Positions 39,182 to 51,812 of a DNA stretch of 64,000 bases are shown here, piece by piece. Each line of letters starts with the position of its first letter. Position 1 is the stretch's first letter. Made by a program: the position numbers and the translations under genes. The stretch is from Octopus sinensis (lineage: Eukaryota): assembly GCF_006345805.1 (NCBI RefSeq), contig NC_042999.1, positions 18,228,001-18,292,000 on the forward strand, in the 5' to 3' direction. The notes beneath the pieces were generated by a model. It did no database searches. It saw only the letters and a list, made by a program, of their open reading frames with translations, and was not told the DNA's origin.

Positions 39182-39439
39182 CACATATATATATGGATTT
39201 AATTAAATATGGAAGTCAACCACACAATTATCATCATTATTTTGAGATGTGCCTAGCACAAATTTAATCTGTCCTGTTTCGAATACAATAAACGTTACGT
39301 TAAAATGATTTTGTACATTTTTTTGTATATAATTAGTGAAAATTCCCACTTCGTGGGAAATGCTCCATGTAAACGTATTTGAAATGCTCCATGTAGACGT
39401 ATAACAAACACGTATTTTCTAATATAGACGAATATGTTG

Positions 39440-39650
39440 AGAGGACGAGCTGATAGAATCGTCAGCACGACGGTCAAAATGATTAGAAGCGGTTTGTTTC
39501 ATTCAGGTCCTGGCATAAAAAAAACCTACGAGGCTTAATTTGTCCTTCATCGGGGTTAATTAAATAAATACATATTGAGTACTGGCGTCTATGAAACCGA
39601 CTTACACCCTCCCCTGAGTTTGCTGACTTTGCGCGAAAATGTGAAATCAA
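39440..39650 (+). mobile_element. Old family A-related SINE
   Basis: ggacgagctgatagaatcgtcagcacg...ccttcatcggggttaattaaa...tactggcgtctat...ccctcccctgagtttgctgactttg; strongly diverged. Confidence 0.5.
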
Positions 39651-39664
39651 TGTAGAGAAATAGA

Positions 39665-40048
39665 TATACTCTTTTTACTCTAGGTGCAAGACCCAAAACT
39701 TTTGGGGAGGGCGTCAGTCAATTAAATCTACCCCACAACGCAACTGTTACTTAATTTATCGACTCTGAAAGGACGAAAGATAGAGTCAACCTCTGCGGAA
39801 TTTAAATTCAGAACATAGAGGCAGACGAAATACCTATTTCTTTACTACCGACAAGGGGCTAAACACAGAGAACACAAAAAAGGACAGAGAAACGGATTAA
39901 GTCGATTATATCGACCCCAGTGCGTAACTGGTACTTATTTAATCGACCCTGAAAGGATGAAAGGCAAAGTCGACCTCGGCGGAATTTGAACTCAGAACGT
40001 AACGGCAGACGAAACGCCCCTAAGCATTTCGCCTGGTGTGCTAACGTT
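39665..40048 (-). mobile_element. SINE family A mixed tandem: type 1 unit followed by a headless unit with type 2 tail
   Basis: Junction on minus strand aaagaaata|ggtatttcgtctgcc at ~39835; distal unit ends ...ccctccccaaaagttttgggtcttgcacctagagt. Confidence 0.85.
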
Positions 40049-40339
40049 TCTGCCAGCGCGCCGCTTTGAGAAATACATGTATTATACCAAAAATGCCATA
40101 TGCATTTTTTTCTGTTTTTCACGATTATATTATGATTGACGTCATAGAAGTAAATTGATTTAATAGGCTATAATGTGATATCCATATACCTGACGCTGGT
40201 ATTTCATTCCATGCAGTTCTTCGAAAGTGTGTTGTCTATTGTCACATTTAGATCATTGATAATAACTGCGTCGCTTTCAGCTTTTTAGGAGTAGTGTAAA
40301 CCGTAAAATATGGCGTAATACTACTTATACAGTAATCCT

Positions 40340-40540
40340 TTTCCCTACATGCACAAGTCCCGAAATTGTGGGGGAGGAAACTAGTCAACTATGTTGCTCA
40401 ACTGGTACTTATTTTATCAACCCCAAAATGATGAAAGGCAAAGTGGACCACGACGAAATTTGGATTTAGTTCCTTAAGCAGGATAAAATGGCGCTTAAAC
40501 AGTTTGTCTGGTGTGCAAGCCTTTCTGAAAATTCACTCTC
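40340..40540 (-). mobile_element. Degraded SINE family A copy, type 2 tail
   Basis: cacaagtcccgaaattgtggggagg...tggtacttattttatcaacccc...atgaaaggcaaagt. Confidence 0.7.
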
Positions 40541-41508
40541 TTATATAATAATCCAAAAGAATATTCCCATTGACACATAGATTCTTCAACAGTAAATTTA
40601 ACGGACCTTTATATCCATGTTACCCTTTGCCCCTACACCCATACGCCACACACCCATAGCTCTACCCACATCCCGACCTCCCCACCATCCTCACCCCATA
40701 TCGGTGCATGAATGTATGCCTCTGAATCAACAAGTCTCCGTGTTCGTCATGCGATTTAGTTTGCGCAGCTAAACGAGACTTGTTTTCATCTGCCTGAGGT
40801 AAACTCTTACATATTTATGAAATTATTCATTGACATTATTTAATAATTTCGTCATTTACGGTCGATTAGGTTTCTTTGGCGTGAAAAACAGAATATGAAT
40901 AGTATTCATAATGTCAATGGAAACTCTTATGAACCGCAATCCTAGAACGTATTTCCTCACTTTAGATCATTTAATTTACCGACCGTTTTGTCATAACATT
41001 TGGTTATTTAAGCCATAGATACACAATACACTTCCCTTACAGTCAAAATGCATTAATGTCACGTTTTATGCGGAATAAACAGCTATATTATGTTGTGTCA
41101 GAAATAATGCTTTAAAGAACTATTCTTTATAGTGGAGAAAATATTGTTACTCTAATCCGCTTACCTTCAATTGTTGTATTATAGTGTTAGAGTCGTCATT
41201 TACTAATACCTGCACATCATTCACTGTCAAAATTGATTGTCTCTGACACTAAATGTGACCAATTTTGTCTGGTTCTTATTCCGTTACGTCTTTCCTCTTT
41301 TTATTCTATATCACATCTGCATTGTTCCATTGTGTTCAATCTGTGAATAACTTCACCTAATGTCTTGCATAATCATTGAATTCGTTTACTGAAGATGATC
41401 GATAATATTTAAATACTGATGAACAACAAACGTTCCTATTTACCCTCATATTATTTCATTCACAGCAACACATACACACACTCTAACACTCGTGTATATA
41501 TATATATA

Positions 41509-41596
41509 TATTTTATAGAAGGAGCTTCTACAGGACTAGAACAGTTTCATTTGAATGAAACAGTTCTAGTCCTGTAGAAGCTCCTTCTATAAAATA
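41509..41596. repeat. 88-bp near-perfect palindrome
   Basis: tattttatagaaggagcttctacaggactagaac-A-gtttcatt-tg-aatgaaac-A-gttctagtcctgtagaagctccttctataaaata: 34+8 bp paired, one A/A mismatch, 2-nt spacer. Confidence 0.95.
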
Positions 41597-41664
41597 AATT
41601 AATTTACTCTGCTACGTATTGAGTACCTTATTTACTGTGGTTAACCCCGACTCAACCCGGGACC

Positions 41665-41753
<89 letters not shown>

Positions 41754-41975
41754 TATATATATATATATATATTAATGAAAAAAAGGTAAGACAACAAAAG
41801 AAAGAAAGAACCTCAATATTATGTATATAGTGGAATTTATCTGTAAATGTAACATGTGGCAATTATTCGGTAGCTATGATAAAACTCCGAGATTAGGATG
41901 CCGACGTGGAAATCCATACCGCCATATCTTCAGTTATCCGCCCATCGGAAAATTGCTATGGAAAATTATATATAT

Positions 41976-42019
<44 letters not shown>

Positions 42020-42276
42020 TGCAAATTGACTGTATAGTATAAATTTATTCTACTTATCTTCATATTAATTTTACGCTACCACTGAGGTAATGCTGATTGA
42101 TTTCCCGTCAGTTTTAAATGAGAGTTTGCAAGGAAGAATTTAGCCTTTAAACAATATCAGATGGGCGTAAAATGTGAACAGTTCATTAAGTAAGCCTCAA
42201 TACTTCCTCAGTCCCTATGCATACATACATGGGTGCATGTATGTATGTTACTATGCATGTCTATGTACATGTATGC

Positions 42277-42308
<32 letters not shown>

Positions 42309-42338
42309 TATATATATATCTATATATATATATATATT

Positions 42339-42370
<32 letters not shown>

Positions 42371-42982
42371 GTCTCTTCCAGAGTGTTTTCAAATGGCTAA
42401 TAATGTGTGCGCGCAACAATGATGATGATGATATATACATGTGTGTGTATATATGTATACATGCTATATATATATATATATATATATAAACAAAAGGGTT
42501 TGTATGAGTGTGTATAGAAGAATATATTACTCAAAGGAATTCCAACTCTGTTATTTATGTTTTATTTGTATTCTTATAATATAAATAAAGGATATAGAAT
42601 ATAGAATATATAGTAAGAAAGAAAAGAAATGAAGTATTGATTGTCTTATTGAAGAAATGAAATATTGAAAATTAAATATAAAATATCTATTCTCAATCAA
42701 CTAGTATACTTTCTTGCATTTAAGCATTCGTCAGTTTCAGATTGTGACAGTCGAAGCGTTCCTGTCACAAGGTTATATTATGGTATTTTAACTTTTAAAA
42801 ATATTTTGTTAAATATCTTGTTAAATTTACACTTTCATACATAGTGTAATCTCAAACACATCTGACATTTATTATTAAAGCTCAGATACACAACACAACC
42901 AACCTTTCAAATCATGCCAATACACCTAAAACGCAGTATTCCGTACTATCTAGCCAGGAAAATTTGTACTATAGTAGATAAT

Positions 42983-43173
42983 CCAAATACCAGAAACACA
43001 GAGAGGAATTTCAACTGTGTTTCGTAGTTTTCTACCACAACAGTTCCTTTATAGGATCCAGTTAGCTCAATACATCATCAGGAGGAACCACGTCCGGTTT
43101 CGGCCCCTATTCCTCTACCGTTTTGACGAGGCGGGGCCCCTCCTTTCGGAGGTGTCTTCAGCTCTGGTGTTGG
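42983..43173 (-). other. GC-rich multi-hairpin segment with two hammerhead-core-like motifs
   Basis: Minus strand CTGAAGA (43155-43161), GAAAC (43097-43101), CTGATGA (43075-43081), GAAAC (43019-43023); hairpins cctcc-GAAA-ggagg, ggcccc/ggggcc, acacag/ctgtgt. Confidence 0.5.
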
Positions 43174-43194
43174 GTGCATGTGTTCTTTCTTCTT

Positions 43195-43400
43195 ATAGAA
43201 CTCAAAGAATTTCTGCTGAAGCAAAATTACCCTCTCCTACTGATAGAAAATAGCACACAACGAGCAAAAGAAATACCTGTAGAACGACGTAGAGCAACAC
43301 GAAATAGTCGAAACCATCAAAGGAACAAAATACTATTTCTAGAAATACACAATCCGCATCCCTAAAACATTTTAAATATCATCAAAACAATCATAAACGA
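43195..43400 (+). mobile_element. Penelope-like RT C-terminal/linker fragment
   Basis: ELKEFLLKQNYPLLLIENSTQRAKEIP...ILFLEIHNPHP parallels the segment ...KSLVNDGIKCAKEI...ILPYISTHN of the element at 18115-19020. Confidence 0.6.
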
Positions 43401-44853
43401 AAGTAAAATATTTAAAAAAGCATAACTAATCAAACACTTATATTAAAAAGACAACCAGTAAATAACTTATCAGAGTACATATAAATACACAAACACACAC
43501 ACACATATACGAATTATATTATATAGATGAATATGTCATAATTAGTGGTGATTATATTTGCTGTATTTCAATACTTGGATATCTTCTGTCAAGATATGCT
43601 GAACAGTAACGGGTTTAGTAGCAAAGAGAATGATCTAGAGGTAAGTTCTGGTAAATGGTGATGTCATGTTTATTTGCCCTTTCAAACATAATGAATTTAA
43701 ATCATTCTTGCTACAGTAAGTTGTAAACTTCTTATATCCAAAAGGGCCACCCAAGAATGATGTCGAATTGTGCTAATGTGATTTGATTCCATTTGTTATA
43801 ATGTGCTTCTAATATATTTGCTTATCTCTATGTTCCACGTTCCCTTAACAATCTAACTACATTTGATTGATCAATATATTTAAATCGAATGAATATGACA
43901 ATATATATGCATTACATGTATTATAAGGAACAACCGTATCCTCGGTAATTTAAATATCCTGCTTTAATATATTTCCAGAATTCACGTAATGAGAATAGAA
44001 GCAATAAGTTCCTGACTCGAGAGGCCTTTCATTTGTCCTTCAAATTACGTATGACAGTATAGAATATTTGTACGAAAAGAACACGTATTAAACTTAAGTA
44101 TAGTATCAAAATATGTCGAACTATTAATCTCAAAGATAAAGATAAATCATAGGTTGTATAATATTTACATGTAACGATCTAAATATAAAGATTGCAAGTT
44201 ATAGCAATGAGAGATCAAACCCATCTAAATATAATTTATTGGTAAATATCATTTACGATACATGTAACTATCCGAGAAATGATGATCTTATTAACAGCAT
44301 TTCTCATAAACATTTCACACTTAATGTACGGCCGGATGTTTTTACCAATTTTCAATTTAATATATGGCGTGATAACATTTATCTGAACAAATTCACTGCG
44401 AAACTAACTTTGATTACAAATATTCTGATTACCGAAAAAATATTCTAGGCTAACTTGATTTTAATCACGTTCTCATTTGGAAATCAAAGAATTAACCGTT
44501 TAAATATTCTCCGAGATATTTGAAAGAAATTGTTTTTCGTATGCTGTGCTTTATCAAGCAATCGATTAATCAACAGGTAGCATGTTCTTAATGAATATAA
44601 GCGTAATAAATGAAATCTATATTGAACTGGTAAAAGCGATTCACGATAAACGAATATTCATAAATAAATGCTGAATTCATAGAATATTAATATTAATAAT
44701 ATGGCTCGATCAATGAGTAATGGCATGTACTTACACATAGCTGGGTATTAATGAACTGTGCGGATAGACGAGTATAATTTTCACTTAGCGTTAGTTCATT
44801 TGAAATACGCTTCGAGATGCGGGTGAATGATACTCTCAGAATACATAAATACC

Positions 44854-45085
44854 TATTTCTTTACTACCCACAAGGGGCTAAACACAGAGGGGACAAACAA
44901 GGACATACATAGGTATTAAGTCGATTACATCGACCCCAGTGCGTAACTGGTACTTAATTTATCGACCCCGAAAGGATGAAAGGCAAAGTCAACCTCGGCG
45001 TAATTTGAACTCACAACGTAACGCAGACGAAATACCGCTAAACATTTCGCCCGGCGTGCTAACGTTTCTGCCAGCTCGCCGCCTT
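44854..45085 (-). mobile_element. SINE family A, full length with perfect 13-bp TSD
   Basis: atacataaatacc at 44841-44853 and 45086-45098. Confidence 0.92.
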
Positions 45086-48000
45086 ATACATAAATACCGT
45101 TCACTTATACAGGCATTCAAACATACGGGATTGGACCCTTCAATAGAATGAAGTGCTTAACAGTATTCCACCCGAAGAAGCGCTCTAACCCGGCTGTTGC
45201 ACAACATATTTAATTACAAGAATAATCTTGTACAATAGTGTATGAGTATAATAAACTCAGCAAATTAAAGCTGATGTAAGAGGTAGAAACAAATGTGATC
45301 TACTATTAAAGCATGATATTACTTCCATCCCCGTGTTAAATTATTCTTACACACACACACACAGACGCATGTATATGTATGATCCAAATTTGTCTATTTA
45401 ATCACGTTAACAATACGATTATCGAAAACATTTTATATACATGAGATTTCATTCTCTCGCTGTGATTAATGTATACATGTTGTTTTAAATCTGTCATCTA
45501 ATGCATTGCAGCATTATAATTATGTGAGTTACTCTTTACATTTCATTTTGCCGACCGATTTTCTCTAGTATATAGAAGAGCTGACTATTGTTATTTCTTT
45601 GAGAATAGTCGGTTTCCTTTGGCAATGAATATTTGCTTATAAATAAGAGAAATTTGTTTTAACTATCTTTGTTAGAAATACTGCATAAATTCCTTTCGCT
45701 TGATCAATCTTGGCTATTCAGTTTGACATTATGTAGAAAGCTAAAATTTAAAAAGTTTTATGCTATCCCTGGTTACCGAGAATGCAAGTTGTAATTGATT
45801 TAATGCATACTTCGTAATATTGATTTCATCAAAAATTCTTACTTTTGTATCATTTTTGCAGAGCTCTCTACATTGGGGATGTTCTATTCTATAGAGTATA
45901 ATAGATTTCCCCACTATTTAAGTACAATTGATTGTGTTTAAAATTTACTTAAGATTCTACAATGCTTCTGCATTCGATTTGATTCTCTTTTCGCTGATAC
46001 CTTCCCAGTGTTACTTCTTTAATATTTAAGTGGTCGACAGTTCTTCGCAATAACTTCCCTATTTCAAGTAAAACTATTTCTTCACACTTTCTTCTCGATA
46101 ACAACTTATTTTCAGTTATTTTTATTTGTTTTCAGCAAAATGCTTTATTTTGAAAACTGTTTAAAAAAATACAGAAATATATATTTGATAGAAGCGCTGT
46201 TTTAACTTTACTCTATTTTAGAATACTAGATACGAAAATGAAAGCATCAACATATGAAACAGTGCATCGGTATTCGATTGGTAGCCGAGAATAAACGTAC
46301 GAAAACTTTCAAACAAATTCAACGTGCGCCGAGCACGTGACATTCTTATGAATTTTATAAATTATCTCAAAATAACTAAAATTCGTAATGAAGCGACATC
46401 ATGCTGAGTCAACGATATCTTTAATAATTATATAACCCTTTTCTAGGTTTGACGCACAAATTTTACCTGAAATAATATTTTGGTTCTCATCGTGAATGCA
46501 GGGAGGAAAATGTTCGTGTAACGTTTTACAGTGTCTCCATGTTGTGTTGGGTCGAAAGAATACACGCTTGCTGGAAATCCATTTTTGAATATACATCGAA
46601 AAATATTTATTAGTAACCAAAGTCTGATCCTTTGTCCAAAAAGCAAATGTCGCTAAAGAATTGCTCTAGTTCTTTGAATGTCACAGATTACCAAATCGTG
46701 GACAATTTAGTAGAGATACGCACAAAAGCATAACATGTTCCTCAAGAAGATGCTGTCTTTTCGGTTATTTAATATGTCAAAGTGTGACATACTCACCAAT
46801 GATATTTGTACAAGTGCACGTATGCACGTATGTATGCGTGGGGACATTTCCAAGCGCGAGGTTCGTCCACTGGAAGTAGGAGGCTCCTCTGTTGTCACAA
46901 AATCTTCCTAAGAGAGAAAACATTTTGAGAGAAAAGCTACGACGCTGACAATATTCAGTGATGTAGACTAGTTCTTCAATTCAAGTCTATGTTGTCCATG
47001 TTCAGAGAGGGGGAATAGATATTACATTATTTGCGGTCCTCGTCATTGGAGAGGCAAAATTGCAATATTTGCAGTTTTAACCATTGGGACGCAATTCCTC
47101 AGACTTGTGTCAAAAGCATGCCATTACATTGCGGATATATCTGACCTTTTACTTATGAAAGTACCGGGAGGAAATAAGAAGGGAAGAAATGAACAAGTGT
47201 ATATTCGCCGAGAAGGGTCCGTGGTGAAGATATTATGTGAGAGGGGTGAGTCAAGATGGTGGATACGTATAATGATAGGAGGGGAGGAAAACGAATAGAA
47301 GGCGAAAGAGGGGAATAGCAACAAAAAGAACAGGACGTAGTACAAGAAGAAGAAGAGGAATACGACACACAAATATTACTGGCTTACAAGCAAAAGACGT
47401 TGAGGCTAACCAGTGATCAGATACCAGTTATTACTGAGACAGACACGTTAAGTGGCCGTGCCTTTTTCAGATATGCACTCCCCAGTATTGTGAACTGAAA
47501 ACATTTCCGATCTATGATTAACTAATATATACACTAGATATATCTCACACATACACACATCCCTCGCATGGATACTCACGTTTACCTATATATTTAATTT
47601 TGGGTGAATGTTGGACGAATAGTATTTGGTTTCACATTCATACCAAAGTTCAAGGATTTCATATTTCAACAATCATTACCGTTCAATTGAAGATATTGAG
47701 TATGTACGAGATATGATTATCTCTATTCAAGCGATAGCTCCATCCCATTTTCAACAATATTATACAATCCAATATTATATGCAATTGTACATTTACCAAA
47801 TCAGTGGCGGAGTTCAGCCGGTAGACCTATTCATATATGAAGCTTGTTGCTTTTATAGAACAATAAGCGTCTATATGTATTCAAATTTAGACATAATAAA
47901 ACGAGAAGTTTAGAAAACTCTTTGCGGCGTCTTGATCTTTCATACAGATGTTAAATTTGAAACGATTTAACAGTTTAAGAGCGATTATCCCATTGATTGT

Positions 48001-50778
48001 ATGAGCTGTAAAGTTGATACATTTATCAGCATGAGAATATTTCAAATATATACTTCAAATGTAATAGTTTTAGTTACTCTGATATCAAAATGTCAACTGC
48101 TTGCAGTAATATCCGTATTGTAATAATTATGCGCATTGATTCGCATAGAAGTAGAAGAGTTTACAAATACAAGTAGTAAAGTCCACAAATTTCCTTTTAT
48201 TCTCATAAAAATCCGAAACTTGCTATTGTGAAACTTTTATTGCCGTTTGTTATTTGCATTAACTCCAAGTTTCCATTTCATGGACATTGTACCACACGTG
48301 TAACGATGTTGCTATCACAATGAATTATATTACGTAGGAGACATTTAGCAAGGAATATGTGATACTAATATTTCAAGAAGTACACGACGAAAGTTAACGT
48401 TAACTTGAAATATAATATCATGGAGTGGATTATCGTTGCAAATGTTCCAGTGTGGAATTAATAAATTTTGCAGTGCATTTAATTAGACTGAACAATAGAT
48501 ACTAATAATTTCAACAAAAGAAAATAAATTAAAACATTTTCCTGTTTTCATTATATTGCATAAGAGATTCCCCTTTCCTTCGAAAGTAATGAGAACACTC
48601 CAACATTTGTGGGTAATATTTAACTTATATTATTAATTTCCATTAAGCTTTACATGTATGATTTCCAGATAATGTAGGGCTTGTGGTTGATGGGTATGCA
48701 CAGTAACCAGGTCGCAGAAAGTACTCAATTACGGAAGAAAACGAAACGCACGTTCTAGAAGTGCAAAATTAATTGCAAAACTTTTGCAAGTGCTAAGCAT
48801 CTTTCGCCTACAATATACAGCAATTCTCGGGCGGAGGTTTCCGCTACCATATACAAATAATATATTGAAGGACATGTTTGAATATAAATTTCCTCTGCAT
48901 GCTTACGAAACTTCTAACAATATCTCAGAACAGATCCATTACTACATTTAACTATTGTTTTCTATACGATCTTGAAGAAGTGTTTACAGGATCTTTTCAC
49001 GTGAAATATTTGGAGGTTATGAATTTAGATTCTTATAGCGTTCGATATTTTAACCTTTTGTTGATGATTATCATTTACTTTAAAGACTTATTCATAAATT
49101 TTCTTGGAATTTTAAATAATTATATATTTCAAAACTTACTATGACTCTAGGAAATAGGATTAAGTTCTGTTTTTATATTACATTACTTATATAATATTTA
49201 CTGAAATATGGCTGCGGATATTATTATTCTGGATATTTTCAAGTGAATGTTGACTTTATTTAGGTGGAGTGGATGTACGACGAAATCTAAGACATCATAA
49301 AACGTTGTCTTCGGAACATATTATTGAAGCATATCAATTTCAAAACAATAAACAGTAAACACCGCTGGTGAAAAATTTGAACAAAGGACAAAGAAAAACC
49401 TTATAACATAGTGATTCTTAGTTCAGCAATTCAGCAAAAAACACGAATATCATAGACGTTCTGTGTTGATTGATTTCGATTCGTATCTTCTTTATGGAAA
49501 GAATGTACAGAGACATAGAATTAGATCGACTTGGCATGGTTATTTTGTTTATATAATCCAACATGACAGAAGAAAACAATCACGCTCTGTGTGAATTCTG
49601 CAGAGAAACGTATAAACAAGTTGTATCTTATGTAATGTCATGCGGCAAGGATATATAAACTTTGCCTACGCTGATGCATAGAATGTATCGTTATATAATG
49701 CCTACAATATTTTCACTGTGTTTTATTACCCTTACTGGAAAACCTCCGTTTTATATACATATTTATATAAATGGTATGAGTATTACCATCTAAGTGGGTT
49801 CTTATGCATAATAACCACGAGAACTTTCAATTCAACAAAATCAACATTATATGCTCCATTTGCCAGAAAAAGAAACCGAATTTACTCGACTCATAGTTTT
49901 CGAAACAGAAGGGTTCATTATATGCTATTATCATTCTTAACATTAAAATGTGCCTTTCCTCACAGCTTTCATTCATCATAAAATAGAAAGATGCAAAATT
50001 ATAGTACAAAAACGTTACTTGAAACACTTTATAATCTCACTCTTTCTTAAGAGCATACGTAATTAATCTAATCATATATTTAGATATATTTGCATATATT
50101 TCCCCAAATATCAAATATTAAATTTCGATGATTATAAAATTCTGTATCGTATGGAATAATACGGAGTGAATTATCCTCTCAATATTGATATGCTTCTTTT
50201 TGTTGGAGGGATATTGCAATAAAACAGGGATCTTTTAAAATGTCAGCTCATCTCTGTCATTCCTTTTCGCGGAATAGCCCTGTACAACATTCTTACTGCT
50301 TGTGATAAGAGCCTTCCTTTTTGTTTATATTTTTCATCTATATATGTCATACTGATTCACAATGTTATGTATATCTAACAACATGTCTCGTATTCATATT
50401 GGGATAAAATATTTGAAGTTATTTTACAGAAAGAAAAAAAAACATGCCATTTGATATTTATAAATTATATTGTATGACATTTTGTGTAACACACATAAAT
50501 GGACCACACACTTGAACTGACGCATACAGATACACCTACATTTATACTTGTGCTTTGAATACCTATATATATATATGTGTGTATTAGTGTGCGTTTATGT
50601 GTGTGGGTGTTGAATTATTCAGGTCGCTATTTTTTCCTAATTCTTTGAAAATCAAATTGCAGAAATTTAATTCAAGGTTAATCCAAGATTGAATTATATA
50701 TATCAAAGCCCTGAATAAATACATTGCGCATTTTATCCATCATTCTTCCCTAATGTCGTACTTCTAAAATATATGCTT

Positions 50779-51140
50779 GCAGGAATGTCTGTGTGGTAAG
50801 TAGCTTGTTTACCAACCGCATGGTTCCGGTTTCCCTCTGCGTGGCACCTTGCGCAAGTTTCTTCTACTGTAGCCAAAACTTTGTGAGTGGATTTGGTAGA
50901 CTAGAAACTGAAAGAAGCCCGTCGCATATATATATATATATGGGTATGTGTATTTGACGGTGTGTGTATTTGTTTGTTCGTGTCTGTCCCCCCACCATCG
51001 CTTGACAACCGGTGCTGGAGAATTTTCGTCCCCATAACTTAGCGGTTCGGCAACAGACAACGATAGAATAAGTACTATATTTACAAAGAATAAGTCCTGG
51101 GGTCGATTTGTTCGACAAAGGGCGGTGCACCAACATGGCT
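50779..51140 (+). mobile_element. SINE family B, near full length
   Basis: Head gcaggaatgtctgtgtggtaagtagcttg...catggttccgg, gtggcaccttgcgcaagt, internal (TA)/(TG) run, then the family B 3' half. Confidence 0.85.
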
Positions 51141-51267
51141 AAAGGTCAAGATTCTTTGAACTTTGAAGTCTGTGAATTTCCTTTATTTCGACTGCAATTC
51201 GAAATAATTAATTCTTGAAGAAATGAATATGAGGTCAAAATCTTCCTGTAAGTTACACTATTTACAT

Positions 51268-51545
51268 TATTTACATCTTGACGGATGTTTGTCCTCATTT
51301 TGTTTGTTGTTAACACAACTTCCAGCTTTCATAGGGTGTCCTTGGGAAATTTCGAACCTGGGTTCCTATTCCAAAGGTAATTTTCGATGTTATTATTATT
51401 TACATTTTACGGATATTTGTCCTCATCTTGTTTCTGTTAGCACAACGTTTCGGCTGATATACCCTCCAGCCTTAATCAGGTGCCTTGGGGAAATTCCGAA
51501 CCTGGGTTCTCATTTCTAACGTATCTTTCAATGTTATTATTTAAA
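51268..51545 (-). repeat. Two tandem units (~129 and ~149 bp); the second carries a minimal hammerhead-like motif at 51439-51484
   Basis: Units share atttacat...ggat.tttgtcctcat...cacaac...ggtg.ccttggg.aaatt.cgaacctgggttc. Minus strand ggcac-CTGATTA-a-ggctg(10)cagcc-GAAAC-GTT-gtgct. Confidence 0.75.
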
Positions 51546-51577
51546 TTTTCATTATTATTATTATTATTATTATTATT

Positions 51578-51660
51578 CTATGTTTGTCTGTACAAGTTGG
51601 CTCCAAGTCTCACCCAGAGACCTCAAGAGGCAACAGGTTGGAAGTTCTGTGCCATATATT
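51578..51660 (-). mobile_element. Short retroelement 3' tail flanked by (AAT)n
   Basis: Minus strand ...cttgaggtctctgggtgagacttggagccaacttgtacagacaaacatag(aat)n, with a second (TTA/TCA)n array at 51681-51811. Retroelement identity is inferred. Confidence 0.5.
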
Positions 51661-51700
51661 TGTTTTTTTTTGGTTTTTTTTTATTATTATCATCATTATC

Positions 51701-51796
<96 letters not shown>

Positions 51797-51812
51797 ATTA
51801 TCATTATTATTA

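Noticed and set aside
39343-39402. Small hairpin ttcccac-ttc-gtgggaa and adjacent 24-bp tandem duplication
   Set aside because: Too short to distinguish from chance or local slippage; not CRISPR-like (no spacers, eukaryotic context).
40620-40700. C-rich tract as a G-quadruplex on the minus strand
   Set aside because: Irregular low-complexity sequence with no associated feature.
41895-41945. Minus-strand CTGAAGA motif as a hammerhead
   Set aside because: The expected GAAAC position reads TAATC and stem II pairs poorly.
46600-46780. SSLNVTDYQI peptide as a Tc1/maT catalytic motif remnant
   Set aside because: Resemblance limited to a few residues; no other motif or TIR could be tied to it.
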